Position numbers and translations under genes: made by a program
In this document: piece after piece, positions 17,765 to 27,490 of the stretch
Layout: each line of letters opens with the position of its first letter
Numbering within the stretch: position 1 is the stretch's first letter
Assembly (NCBI GenBank): GCA_963747935.1
Contig: CAVVGY010000010.1
Coordinates: 131,951 to 195,950, forward strand
Direction of reading: 5' to 3'
DNA length: 64,000 nt
Source of the DNA: an uncultured Thermoleophilia bacterium
GTDB taxonomy: Bacteria; Actinomycetota; Thermoleophilia; UBA2241
Notes under the pieces: generated by a model
The model's database searches: none
What the model saw: the letters and a program-made list of their open reading frames with translations, nothing else
Told to the model about the DNA's origin: nothing

Positions 17765-18559
17765 TCAGTCCACCGGCAGGCCAAAGAAGTCGCGCGGCGT
17801 CTGGAAGCACACCTGGTCGATGATCTCCTTGTCCAGGCCGAAGAGCTTCATCGCCAGCTGCACGCGCGGCACCATGAAGTAGTCGTTCCCCATCCCGCCG
17901 AGCTCGGAGTTGATGATGAGGCGGTCGCGCCACTCCGGGTGGTCGATGACGATGTGCGCGGCGGCCTCCGGCGGCATCTTGTCCCAGCAGATGCTGAGAC
18001 CGACCATGCCGCCGGTGCTCATGCGGAACTCCATGGTCTCCTCGCCGGCGTGGTCGAACACGCAGCGCTCCACCGGGAAGCCCTCTTCCTTGATGATCTC
18101 GAACACGCGCGGGGTGATGGTGGGGCCCTGCGGCGCGAGGCGGATGGGCGTGTGCAGGATCACCGGCAGGTCGTGCTCGGCGGCCAGACGCAGGTGCTCG
18201 CGGAACAGCCACTCCTCGAAGTCGGTGCCGGTGTCCAGGCCGATCTCGCCCATGGCCACGACGCGCTCGTTGGCAAGGAACTCGGGCATGCGCTCGAGGC
18301 ACTTCTCGGCGTCGGCCCGGTTGACTCCGAAGAACGGCACCGAGATCGAGGTGAATGCCTCGTAGCCCAGCGTCTTGGCGGTCGTCGTCTCCATGGTGAG
18401 GAAGCGCTCCCACAGGAGCAGCACGGTGTCGGCGTCGTGCGTGCCGACGAACATGTGCGGGCTCGGGATGACGGCCGCCTCCATGCCCATCATCACCAGC
18501 TTCTGCAGCTGGACGTCCTCGATCATGTCGGTGTGCAGGTGGGCGTCGATGAACCTCAT
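17765..18559 (-). CDS. TatD-family metal-dependent hydrolase
   Basis: N-terminal MRFIDAHLHTD and conserved His/Glu/Asp positions along the 264-aa product. Confidence 0.7.
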   Translation of the reverse strand: MRFIDAHLHTDMIEDVQLQKLVMMGMEAAVIPSPHMFVGTHDADTVLLLWERFLTMETTTAKTLGYEAFTSISVPFFGVNRADAEKCLERMPEFLANERVVAMGEIGLDTGTDFEEWLFREHLRLAAEHDLPVILHTPIRLAPQGPTITPRVFEIIKEEGFPVERCVFDHAGEETMEFRMSTGGMVGLSICWDKMPPEAAAHIVIDHPEWRDRLIINSELGGMGNDYFMVPRVQLAMKLFGLDKEIIDQVCFQTPRDFFGLPVD

Positions 18560-18596
18560 GCCTGTCGCCTCCTCAGGTGGCGGATGGATGGGATGA

Positions 18597-19835
18597 TCAA
18601 AGTGGCGGGTCCGCCTGGATGTACGGCTCGCGCTCCGCGACCGGCCGCTGGCGGTCGGTGGCCCAGCGGGTGACGATGGCGAGGCCGAGCAGGCCGCCGA
18701 GCGCGCACGTGCCCGCCCAGCCCCAGCGGTCGTAGGCGAAGGCGGCCGCGGCGGAGCCGGCGGCCGCCCCGACGAAGCAGGACGTCATGTAGAACGCGTT
18801 GATCCGGTTCCTGGCCTCCGGACGCAGCCGGTAGATCTCGCTCTGGCTGCTGATGTGGATGCCCTGCGAGCCCACGTCGAGGATCAGGATGCCGGCGATG
18901 AGAAGCGGCAGGGACGACTGGCCGAACCAGAGCAGGACGAAGGCGACGACCGTGAGCAGGCAGCCGGCGCCGGTGAGCCAGTAGACCCAGCCCCGATCGG
19001 TGTAGTGGCCGACGACGGAGGCGGCCAGCGCCCCGGCCGCGCCGACCAGCCCGAAGAGGCCGATGATCCCGTCGCTGTAGTGGTAGGGGGACCCGGAGAG
19101 CAGGAACGCGAGCGTGGTCCACAGGACGCTGAACGTGGCGAACGAGAACATGCCGTACAGCGAGCGGCGGCGCAGCACCGGCTCGTCGCGCGTGATGCGC
19201 ACGACGGACGCGAGGAGCTTCGGGTACGGCAGGCCCGCCGACTGACGGAAGAGCGGCAGCTTGACGTACAGCAGCACGGCCTGGGCGAGCATGAGCACTG
19301 CGGCGATGACGTAGACGGTGCGCCAGCCGGCAGCCTGCGCGACGAGGCCCGAGAACGTGCGCGCCAGCAGGATGCCGAGCATGAGGCCGCTCATCACGTT
19401 GCCGACCACACGGCCCCGCTCGGCCTGCGGCGCCAGCGTGGCCGCGAACGGCACCAGGAGCTGCGCCATCACGGAGCTCATGCCGATCACCGCGGTGGCG
19501 ACGATGAAGAGGCCGATGGACGGCGCCACCGCGGCGACGGCAAGGCCGGCCACGGTGATCGCGGCCAGCGTGACGATCAGTCGGCGGCGCTCGAAGAGGT
19601 CGCCCAGCGGCAGCAGGAGGATCAGGCCGGCCGCATAGCCCACCTGCGCGGCGGTGACGATGAGCCCCGCCACCCCCTCCGACACGCCGAACAGGCCGCG
19701 CAGCGTCTCGAGCAGCGGCTGCGCCAGGTAGTTGCTGCCTACGGCCTGACCGGTCGCGACGGCGAACAGCAGCACCATGCCGCCGCTGATGCCGCGGCCG
19801 GCGATGGACTGGGAGGTGCGCTGCGGATCACTCAC
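18597..19835 (-). CDS. MFS transporter
   Basis: 412 aa with about 12 predicted transmembrane helices and an MFS-like loop motif. Confidence 0.8.
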   Translation of the reverse strand: MSDPQRTSQSIAGRGISGGMVLLFAVATGQAVGSNYLAQPLLETLRGLFGVSEGVAGLIVTAAQVGYAAGLILLLPLGDLFERRRLIVTLAAITVAGLAVAAVAPSIGLFIVATAVIGMSSVMAQLLVPFAATLAPQAERGRVVGNVMSGLMLGILLARTFSGLVAQAAGWRTVYVIAAVLMLAQAVLLYVKLPLFRQSAGLPYPKLLASVVRITRDEPVLRRRSLYGMFSFATFSVLWTTLAFLLSGSPYHYSDGIIGLFGLVGAAGALAASVVGHYTDRGWVYWLTGAGCLLTVVAFVLLWFGQSSLPLLIAGILILDVGSQGIHISSQSEIYRLRPEARNRINAFYMTSCFVGAAAGSAAAAFAYDRWGWAGTCALGGLLGLAIVTRWATDRQRPVAEREPYIQADPPL

Positions 19836-19952
19836 GAGCTCTGACTACAGGCCAAGGGACCGTCTGTCAAGGAAGTCGTTCCGTTAAGCGGTCGGCTCAT
19901 CCGCATCGTGGAACCCGTCAAGGAGCGCTGCCGCTTCTCTCCGCTCCCCGGC

Positions 19953-20062
19953 GGAGTAGTGTGCATTCGGCTCACGTACCTCTGGACGTACGTCCAAACG
20001 CCCCATGGGGTTTCCGGACGTACGCTTGGGCGTGCACGTGACGCCCAGCGAAGCACCCCGCC
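19953..20062. repeat. Repeat family A copy 2
   Basis: GGAGTAGTGTGCATTCGGCTCACGTACCTCTGGACGTACGTCCAAACGCCCCATGGGGTTTCCGGACGTACGCTTGGGCGTGCACG…. Confidence 0.7.
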
Positions 20063-20073
20063 CGGCCGCCGCT

Positions 20074-20766
20074 TCACTCCTCCTTGCCGGTCCGGTCCGG
20101 AGGCGGGGTGATCGGCACGCGGTGGCGCTCGTCGAACGCCGCCGAGTGCGTGTAGCGGTAGAGCCGCGCGTAGAGCGGCGAGACGAGGCCGTTCAGGAGC
20201 GCCCAGCCGGCGAAGACGACCAGCAGCAGCGCCTGGGCGGCGAGCGGGGCGAGGCCGCCGGCGGCGGACGCAGCGCCTCCGCCGGCCCCTCCCTCGCCGC
20301 CGCCCTGCGCCAGCTGCGCGGCGAGCGCCAGAGCCAGCGAGGCGACGATGGCCATCCAGTAGTCGAGCGGCAGGCGCCAGAGCCAGCGGCCGTGCCACCA
20401 CACGTTGCCCGGCCGGAAGCGGCGCCAGCCGTAGGCCGGGTTGAGCAGGAACCAGAGGAAGTCCCAGATGGCGCTCCACGAGACCCAGGCGGCGAGCAAC
20501 GCCAGTTCCCTCGCCGCCGTCCACGGCGCGCCGAAGGCGAACGGCAGGTGGAAGAAGACCAGCGTCGCCGCGAACATCAGCAGGTTGTAGCCGGTGAGCG
20601 GCTTGCCGGCGAGCACCAGGCCGAAGAGGCGGGCCAGCGGCCCGCTCACCCGGTACGGGGTCGGCAGCTTCTCGGCCCAGCCGTAGGGCCCCTCGATCTC
20701 GATCTCGACGAGCGCGAGCACGAGGGCGAGGACGCAGAGCAGCGGCGCGGCGACGGCGAACGTCAC
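20074..20766 (-). CDS. Hypothetical Trp-rich integral membrane protein, co-directional with the upstream glycosyltransferase
   Basis: GTG start (VTFAVAAPLLCVLALVLALV…). Multiple transmembrane helices and a W-rich loop GWRRFRPGNVWWHGRWLWRLPLDYW. Confidence 0.4.
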   Translation of the reverse strand: MTFAVAAPLLCVLALVLALVEIEIEGPYGWAEKLPTPYRVSGPLARLFGLVLAGKPLTGYNLLMFAATLVFFHLPFAFGAPWTAARELALLAAWVSWSAIWDFLWFLLNPAYGWRRFRPGNVWWHGRWLWRLPLDYWMAIVASLALALAAQLAQGGGEGGAGGGAASAAGGLAPLAAQALLLVVFAGWALLNGLVSPLYARLYRYTHSAAFDERHRVPITPPPDRTGKEE

Positions 20767-20879
20767 GCCGGCGCCCCCGCGGCGGAGCCGGAGTCGCTGC
20801 GCGTGGCCCGGTGCGGCCTGCGCTTGCGCGCCGCTCCGGACTCCACGCGCGCGAGCTGCTCGCGCAGCGCGGCGAGCGC

Positions 20880-21897
20880 CTCGGTGTTGCCGTCCTGGCT
20901 GTAGCCCTCGGAGCCGCCGCTCGTGGTCGGGGATGCGCTCGAGGAAGCGAGGACGGCGTCCTCTGACGGGCGCCTCGGCGTACTCGCCGTACCCGAGGCG
21001 CTCCAGGTACCGCGCGTTGAGCGTCTGCTCGAACTGGCCGGCGACCGGGATCGAGAGCGCCGGCTTGTGCAGGTACACGCACTCGGAGAGCAGCGAGAAC
21101 CCGCCGCCGGCGATCACACCGCGCGCGGTGCGCAGGTCGTCGAGGAACCCGGCCTCGCTGAAGGGCCGGTAGACCAGCCGGCCGTCGACGAGGTCCTCGG
21201 TGAGGTCGCGGCGCACACCGTAGAGCCGGCAGGGCAGCCCGGTCTTGTGCAGCGTGCGGACCAGGGTCTCGCTGCCGGCCGCCGTCTGGTACACGAGCAG
21301 GTGCTCGCCCGGCTCGGACTCGGCGGCGAGCACGGCCTCTCGCAGCACCGGCGCCACCAGCGTGGTGGCCTGGCGCCGCAGCGGCGGGCGGAAGAACGTC
21401 GGCACGATCGCCCAGTGCAGCCCCGCGGCCTTGGTGCGGGCGATCTGCCGCGCCAGCTCGAAGTCCAGGGTGTCGCCGCCGATGATGCCCTCGTCGTGCC
21501 GGCAGCGGTCGAGCATCATGATGTTGTCCACGCTGATGGCCGGCACGCGCTCGCGGTGCGCGACCGTGAGCACGAACGACTCGAAGTCGCTGACCACCAC
21601 ATCGGGCTCGAAGTCGCGCGCCACCTCGTAGAAGCTCCGCACCTGCGCGGGCCACCGGCTCACGGCGCCGCGCAGGTTCTGCGTCACCGTCTCCCAGCGC
21701 CTGATGGCGTTGTCCTCGTAGGCCAGCGAGAACCCGAGGATCTCGCGCACCTCGGGGAAGTGCTGCGCGAGGTAGTCGTGCGCGCGCCCGGAGGCGACGA
21801 CGAGCACGTCGTGCTCGCCGACGAGGTCGGCAAGAAACGCGTGCGAGCGGGTGGCGTGGCCCATGCCCTCACCGGCCACGCCGTACAGGATCCGCAC
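20880..21897 (-). CDS. GT1/GT28-type glycosyltransferase (MGT-like); 3' end uncertain, probably frameshifted
   Basis: GTG start after GAAGGAGGG. N-terminal VRILYGVAGEGMGHATR (the G-x-G-H motif of GT1) and C-terminal GGGFSLLSE…PALSIPVAGQFEQ. Confidence 0.6.
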
Positions 21898-22023
21898 CGG
21901 GCCCTCCTTCTTCGTGCTGTGGAGGCCGGCGGCCACACGCCGGCCGGCCCGTGCAGACTCTACCCGCCCCGGCCCGTTCTCGCGCTGGCCGGGCTCACCG
22001 GTGCAGGGTAGGGTTCGGAGACA

Positions 22024-23295
22024 GTGCAGTACGCGCAGACCCTCAACGACTACAGCCCCGGCCGCCGCACGGCCATCATCGGGACCCTCGGCGCGCTCGG
22101 GACCATCGCGCCGTTCTCCATCGACCTGTACCTCCCCGCGCTCCCGACCCTCGGCAGCGACCTCGGCGCGTCCCAACAGCAGGTCGCCGTCACCGTGACC
22201 ATGTTCCTGCTCGGCCTGGCGGTCGGGCAGCTGCAGGCCGGCGCACTGAGCGACACCCACGGGCGACGCGTGCCGCTGCTGGCCGGCCTGCTCCTCTTCA
22301 CGCTGGCGAGCCTGGCCTGCGCGCTCGCGCCGAACGTCCAGGTGCTGATGGCCGCCCGGTTCCTGCAGGGACTGGGCGGGGCGGCCGGGATGGCCATCTC
22401 GAACGCGTCCGTGACCGACTACGCCCGCGGCCGCGAGGCCGCGCGTCTGCTGAGCCGCCTCGCCATGATCGGCGGCGTCGCGCCCGTCATCGCACCGCTG
22501 ATCGGCGGCCAGCTGCTGCGCGTCGTCTCGTGGCGGGGGCTGTTCTTCGTGCTCACCGGCATCGGGCTCGCGCTGTTCGTCGGCGTGCTCGCCGGGCTGC
22601 CCGAGAGCCTGCCGCGCGAGCGGCGCTCCGCTGCCGGCGCCCGGGCCCTGCTCCGCAGTCTCCTCACGATCTCCCGCGACCTGGGCTTCCTCGGCCTCGC
22701 GCTCGCCGGCGCGTTCAGCTTCGCGGGGTTCTTCGCCTACCTGGCCGGCTCGTCGTTCGTCTACCAGGACGTGTACGGCGTGTCGCCGGCGGCGTTCAGC
22801 GTGCTGTTCGCGATCAACGCGGTGGGCATGCTCGGGGCGAACCAGCTCAACCACCGGCTGCTCGCCCGACACTCGCCGCAGCGGCTCCTCGCCGCCGCCC
22901 TGGTCGTGAACCTCGCCGCCGGCGCGGCCGCCCTCGCCGTGCTCCTCGCCGGCGGTCTCCCGATCTGGGTCCTCGCCGCGCCGCTGTTCGTGCTCGTGGC
23001 CAGCGTAGGGCTCATCATCCCGAACTCCACGGCCCTGGCGCTCTCGCTCCACCCGGACGCCGCGGGGACCGCCTCGGCGTTCCTGGGCACGCTCCGGCTC
23101 GGCCTCGGCGCCCTGGCGACCCCGCTCGTCGGCCTCGGGGGCGGCATGGACGGCGTCTCCATGGGCCTCGTCATCGCGGTGGCCGGCGCGCTGGCGCTCG
23201 CGACGTTCGCGGTCGTCATGTGGCGTGAGCGCAGCCTCAGGGACGCGTCCTGCGAGTACACGCCAGGCACCTGCGCAGACATGACCGTCTGTTGA
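22024..23295 (+). CDS. Bcr/CflA-family MFS drug-efflux transporter
   Basis: 423 aa with 12 predicted transmembrane helices and the DTHGRR and PESLPRER motifs. Confidence 0.8.
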   Translation: MQYAQTLNDYSPGRRTAIIGTLGALGTIAPFSIDLYLPALPTLGSDLGASQQQVAVTVTMFLLGLAVGQLQAGALSDTHGRRVPLLAGLLLFTLASLACALAPNVQVLMAARFLQGLGGAAGMAISNASVTDYARGREAARLLSRLAMIGGVAPVIAPLIGGQLLRVVSWRGLFFVLTGIGLALFVGVLAGLPESLPRERRSAAGARALLRSLLTISRDLGFLGLALAGAFSFAGFFAYLAGSSFVYQDVYGVSPAAFSVLFAINAVGMLGANQLNHRLLARHSPQRLLAAALVVNLAAGAAALAVLLAGGLPIWVLAAPLFVLVASVGLIIPNSTALALSLHPDAAGTASAFLGTLRLGLGALATPLVGLGGGMDGVSMGLVIAVAGALALATFAVVMWRERSLRDASCEYTPGTCADMTVC

Positions 23296-24569
23296 GCCGC
23301 CTGGACGCCACCACGCCGTTCGATCGCTTCACCCCCGGCCGCCGCGCCGGCATCATCCTCATCTTCGGCGGCCTCTGGACCCTGGGGTCGTTCGCGACCG
23401 ACCTCTTCCTGCCGGCGATGCCCGCGGCGGCCAAAGCCCTCGGCGCGTCCGATTCCGCCGTGGCTCTCAGCGTCACCACCTTCCTGATCGGCCTGGGGCT
23501 GGGCCAGCTGATCGCCGGACCGGTCAGCGACGGGCGCGGCCGGCGGCCGACCCTGCTCGTCGGGCTGGCGGTCTTCATCGCCACAGCGGTCGTCTGCATC
23601 GTCGCGCCGTCGGTGGAGCTGCTCATCGCGATGCGCCTGATCCAGGGCATGGCCGCCGCCTTCGGCCTCGCGATCCCCAACGCCATGGTCACCGACTACG
23701 CGCGCGGTCGCGAGGCCGCCCGGCTCTTCTCCTGGATCGTGATCATCGGCGGCGTGGCGCCGCTGGTGGCTTCGCTGGCCGGCGCCCAGATGCTCCGGCT
23801 GCTGGGCTGGCGCGGGCCGTTCGTCGCGCTGACCGCGATCAGCGTCGTCGCCCTCGTGTGCGTCGCCCTCTGGCTGCCGGAGAGCCTGCCGCGCGAGCGA
23901 CGACTCACCGGCGGCCTGCGCACGGCGCTCCGTACCATGGCCGGCCTGACTCGAGACGGCCGCTTCATGGGCTACACCTTCACCGGCGCCTTCATCTACA
24001 TGGCCTTCTTCGCCTACCTGGGCGGCTCCTCGTTCGTCTTCCAGCACCAGTACGGCATCTCACCGACCACCTACAGCATCCTGTTCGCCGTCAACGCGCT
24101 GGGGATGCTGGCTGCGGGCCAGGCGAACCACCGCCTCCTGGCCCGCTTCTCCCCGCGGACGCTGCTCAACGCCGCCCTCATCGCCTTCACGGTCGCCGGC
24201 ATGGCCGTCCTGTTCTCGGCGCTGACCGGCGCGTTCGGCATCTGGGGCCTTGCGGTGCCGTTCTTCGTGATCGTCGCCGGCATGGGCGTCATCCTGCCCG
24301 ACTTGACCGCGCTGGCGCTCTCGCTCCATCCCGAGGTGGCGGGGACGGCGTCCGCCTACTTCGGCGGCCTCCGGCTCGGCCTGGGCGCGCTGGCGATGCC
24401 GCTGATCGGCGTCGGCGGCACAGTCACGGCGACGTCCACGGGGCTCCTGATCGCCGTTTCGGCGCTCGCCGCTCTCGCTCTCTTCTGGGTCACGGCGCGC
24501 CGCGCCCGGGACCAGCAGGTCCTGCTCGACCTCCCCGAGGAGAAGTCGTCGGACGTGCCGGTGGCGTGA
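23292..24569 (+). CDS. Bcr/CflA-family MFS transporter, tandem paralog of the preceding gene
   Basis: TTG start overlapping the upstream stop (TTGA). Same motifs in the same positions (DGRGRR, PESLPRER, DYARGREAARL). Confidence 0.75.
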   Translation: MSRLDATTPFDRFTPGRRAGIILIFGGLWTLGSFATDLFLPAMPAAAKALGASDSAVALSVTTFLIGLGLGQLIAGPVSDGRGRRPTLLVGLAVFIATAVVCIVAPSVELLIAMRLIQGMAAAFGLAIPNAMVTDYARGREAARLFSWIVIIGGVAPLVASLAGAQMLRLLGWRGPFVALTAISVVALVCVALWLPESLPRERRLTGGLRTALRTMAGLTRDGRFMGYTFTGAFIYMAFFAYLGGSSFVFQHQYGISPTTYSILFAVNALGMLAAGQANHRLLARFSPRTLLNAALIAFTVAGMAVLFSALTGAFGIWGLAVPFFVIVAGMGVILPDLTALALSLHPEVAGTASAYFGGLRLGLGALAMPLIGVGGTVTATSTGLLIAVSALAALALFWVTARRARDQQVLLDLPEEKSSDVPVA

Positions 24570-24647
24570 GTCCGAGGGGCGCCGCGGCCGCGCGGCGACG
24601 GCGCGAGGTACACTCTCGCCAACGGCGGACGTCCCAAGGAGCACACC

Positions 24648-24918
24648 ATGTTCTGTGAGATCGCGCGGAAGCTCGACGACCAGGAGCTCGGACAAGATCA
24701 AGACCCTGGAACACGACCTCGGCCTCACCCTCGTGGCCTTCTCCTGCCGGTCGCTGGACGCGGCTCGCGAGGAGCGGCTGCAGAAGATCATGGAGGAGCT
24801 CGGTCCGCAGCTGCAGGCGCAGCCGGCCGAGCCGGACGACGCACAGCTCGGCCGCATCAAGGCGCTGGAGGACGAGCTCGGCCTCGCGCTGATCGCCGTG
24901 GACGAGACGGCGAGCTGA
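24648..24918 (+). CDS. Small hypothetical protein with an internal duplicated motif (IKTLEHDLGLTLVAF / IKALEDELGLALIAV); apparent 1-nt insertion near 24692
   Basis: MFCEIARKLDDQELG is in one frame; KIKTLEHDLGL…AVDETAS* is in the +1 frame. Confidence 0.3.
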
Positions 24919-24962
24919 GGCGGCCGGCCCGCCCGGAAGCGGCAGGCCGGCCGGCCTCGCCC

Positions 24963-25286
24963 TCAGGCCTTCGGGTTCGGCGTCTTGACCACGAGGAACC
25001 GCACCCGGCCCTCGCCCTCGTTGCGGATGGCGTGCACGTGGCCGGCGGCGCTCGGCACGAGCGTGTCCGGCCCGGCCGTCACGAGCTCGCCCTCGATCTC
25101 GACCGACGGCGACCCTTCAAGGACGTAGAAGAACACGTCCACCGGCGCCTTGTGCGGCTTGACGACCTCGCCCGGCTCCAGGGTGATCTGGCTCACCACG
25201 ACGTCCGGCGTGGAGTAGAGGTGACGGACGTCCACGCCGTGTGGGTTCTCGGCGACGGCGGTCTCGTGTGCGGTGATGGTCTGCAT
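24963..25286 (-). CDS. Cupin-domain protein
   Basis: MQTITAHE… with cupin-like G-x5-H-x-H-x3-E and H-x-x-x-N-x-G spacing (HVHAIRNEG). Confidence 0.6.
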   Translation of the reverse strand: MQTITAHETAVAENPHGVDVRHLYSTPDVVVSQITLEPGEVVKPHKAPVDVFFYVLEGSPSVEIEGELVTAGPDTLVPSAAGHVHAIRNEGEGRVRFLVVKTPNPKA

Positions 25287-25441
25287 GGGGACTCCGTTCG
25301 GCTGGCTGTTGCTCTCCCCCTGAGCATGCGCGCGAGCTGAAGCGCTCAACCTTGACGCTGGTCAACGACCGCGTTTGTCCCCCCGCGGTGCGGGAACGCC
25401 ACAGAGGTGACACCCGATCCCCGAAAGGAGGCTGACGTTCC

Positions 25442-26005
25442 ATGTCGGCTGAACTCACAGGCAAGCGCATCGCCATCCTCGCCACCGATGGAGTGGAGGG
25501 CGTCGAGCTCACGAGCCCGCGCGAAGCGCTAGAGCAGGCGGGCGCGACCGTGGAGATCATCGCGCCCAAGGACGGCTCCATCCAGTTGTGGGACCACGAC
25601 GAGAAGAGCACCACGGTCGCGGTCGACCGGCAGGTCTCAGAGGCCGATGCCGGCGACTACGACGGCCTCGTGCTCCCAGGAGGCGTTCGCAACGCCGACC
25701 ACCTGCGCATTGACCAGGAGTCGGTACGCTTCGTCACCGAGGTCACCCGGCGCTCCATCCCGATCGGCGTGATCTGCCACGGGGGCTGGATCCTCATCGA
25801 GGCGTGGGCGGTGAACGGCAAGACGATGACCTCGTACCCCTCGCTCCACACCGACCTGCAGAACGCGGGCGCCAGCTGGGTGGACAAGGAAGTCGTCAAC
25901 GACCACGGACTGGTCTCGAGCCGGCGTCCGTCGGACCTGCCGGCGTTCAACGCGAAGATCGTCGAGGAGTTCTCCGAGGGCGCGCACGAGCGCAAGGCGG
26001 CCTGA
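25442..26005 (+). CDS. DJ-1/PfpI-family protein
   Basis: 187 aa with the nucleophile-elbow motif ICHGGWIL and PGGVRNADHLR. Confidence 0.85.
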   Translation: MSAELTGKRIAILATDGVEGVELTSPREALEQAGATVEIIAPKDGSIQLWDHDEKSTTVAVDRQVSEADAGDYDGLVLPGGVRNADHLRIDQESVRFVTEVTRRSIPIGVICHGGWILIEAWAVNGKTMTSYPSLHTDLQNAGASWVDKEVVNDHGLVSSRRPSDLPAFNAKIVEEFSEGAHERKAA

Positions 26006-26054
26006 CGTCGCCCTTCCGGCGGTCTACGCGCTCACGTACCGTTCAGGCCGTAGG

Positions 26055-27380
26055 TCATCCGTCGGCCTTCCCGCCGCACCAGCGCAGCAGCACGAGGGCC
26101 ACGGCGCAGGCGTGATCGACGAGGTCCCGCACGGGAACGGACTCGTCGATGGTGTGCGCCTTGGCGAGGTCGCCGGGACCGAACGACACGGTCGGTGTGC
26201 TTGCGACTCGCGTGAACACGGCCGCGTCGTGCCACGAGTCGAGCCCGCTGATGCGGCCGGGCCGCCCGACGTCGGCGCCTGCGGCCAGCGCGCTCGTCAC
26301 GATGGGGTCGTCGTCCGGCACCTCCGCCGGCACGATGTCGCAGGGCCACTCCCACTCCGGCGGGTGCTCGGCCAGCCAGTCGTCCTGGTCGGCGGCCTTC
26401 TTCACCCAGGCTTCGACTTCGTCGAACACGTCCTGGCCGCCACGGTCGCCGTCCACCTGGCCCGGCATGTACACCACCGAGAGGGTCGCCTCGCACGACG
26501 ACGGGTACGTGACCATCCACTCCCCGCCCTTGATGACCGTCGGCAACACGTGCGGCTTGTGCAGGTAGGGATGCTCGAACGCAGGGCGGCTCGCCCAGTC
26601 CTCGCGCAGCGCGCGCAGGCTGGCGAGCACGATCTCCATCTTGTCGATGGCGTTGACGGGTCCGCCGTCGCGCCAGTGCGGGTGGTGCATCTCGGCGTGG
26701 CCCGTGCGCCCGACGGTGCGGACCACGGGGTTCACCCCGCCGCGGCAGGCCACCCAGACGTCGAACGCGGTGGGTTCGGCGCAGAGGCCGGCGTCGGCGC
26801 GCACGCCGCGCGCGGCGCACGCGTAGGAGCCGGCGCCGCTCGACTCCTCGTCGGTGTTGGTGCAGAACACGACGTCACCGGCGAGCTTCGCGCCCAGCCG
26901 CGTGACCGTCTCGAGCGCGAACAGCATGCCGGCGATGCCGCCCTTCATGTCGCAGGCGCCGCGCCCGTAGAGCTGGCCGTCGCGCACCTCAGGCTCGAGC
27001 GGATGGCTCGTCCACTGCTCGAGCGGCTCGTAGGACACGGCGTCGATGTGGCCGTTGAGAAGGAGCGAGCGGCCGCCGCCCGCGCCGCGCAGGCGCGCGG
27101 CGAGCTGCGGCCGCCCGGTGAAGTCCAGACCGTCCGGCACGACCCGGTTGCCGGCGCCGGTGGGCTCCGGCTCCCACACGTCGACCTCGGCGCCGAGCGC
27201 GACGAGGCGCCGGCGAAGGTACTCCTGCAGCTCGGCCTCTTGCCGCGCCGGGTCGCCGACGTTGCGCGCCGTCGTGTCGTACCGCACCAGGTCCCGGACG
27301 AGCGCCACGAGCTCCTGCTCACCTTCGCGGACGGCGGCCACCACCTGCTCCTCGAACGCCGATCGAAGGGTCTCGCTCAT
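26055..27380 (-). CDS. M20-family metallopeptidase (ArgE/DapE/CPG2-like)
   Basis: ATG at 27380 after GGAGGAGGA. Motifs LNGHIDAV and GRGACDMKGG. Confidence 0.8.
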   Translation of the reverse strand: MSETLRSAFEEQVVAAVREGEQELVALVRDLVRYDTTARNVGDPARQEAELQEYLRRRLVALGAEVDVWEPEPTGAGNRVVPDGLDFTGRPQLAARLRGAGGGRSLLLNGHIDAVSYEPLEQWTSHPLEPEVRDGQLYGRGACDMKGGIAGMLFALETVTRLGAKLAGDVVFCTNTDEESSGAGSYACAARGVRADAGLCAEPTAFDVWVACRGGVNPVVRTVGRTGHAEMHHPHWRDGGPVNAIDKMEIVLASLRALREDWASRPAFEHPYLHKPHVLPTVIKGGEWMVTYPSSCEATLSVVYMPGQVDGDRGGQDVFDEVEAWVKKAADQDDWLAEHPPEWEWPCDIVPAEVPDDDPIVTSALAAGADVGRPGRISGLDSWHDAAVFTRVASTPTVSFGPGDLAKAHTIDESVPVRDLVDHACAVALVLLRWCGGKADG

Positions 27381-27490
27381 GGTGGGTCCTCCTCCGGGAT
27401 TGGTGTGGTGTGGTGGAGCGGCCGGGCGGGCCATGAGGCCCGCCCGGCCGGGGTCGACATCAGGACGTGACGTCCGATCTCAGCGCAAGC

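Noticed and set aside
20074-23052. Single 992-aa minus-strand ORF
   Set aside because: It is a composite: a real membrane protein (20074..20766) and a real glycosyltransferase (to 21897), followed by the antisense shadow of the plus-strand MFS gene. The whole length is not one gene.
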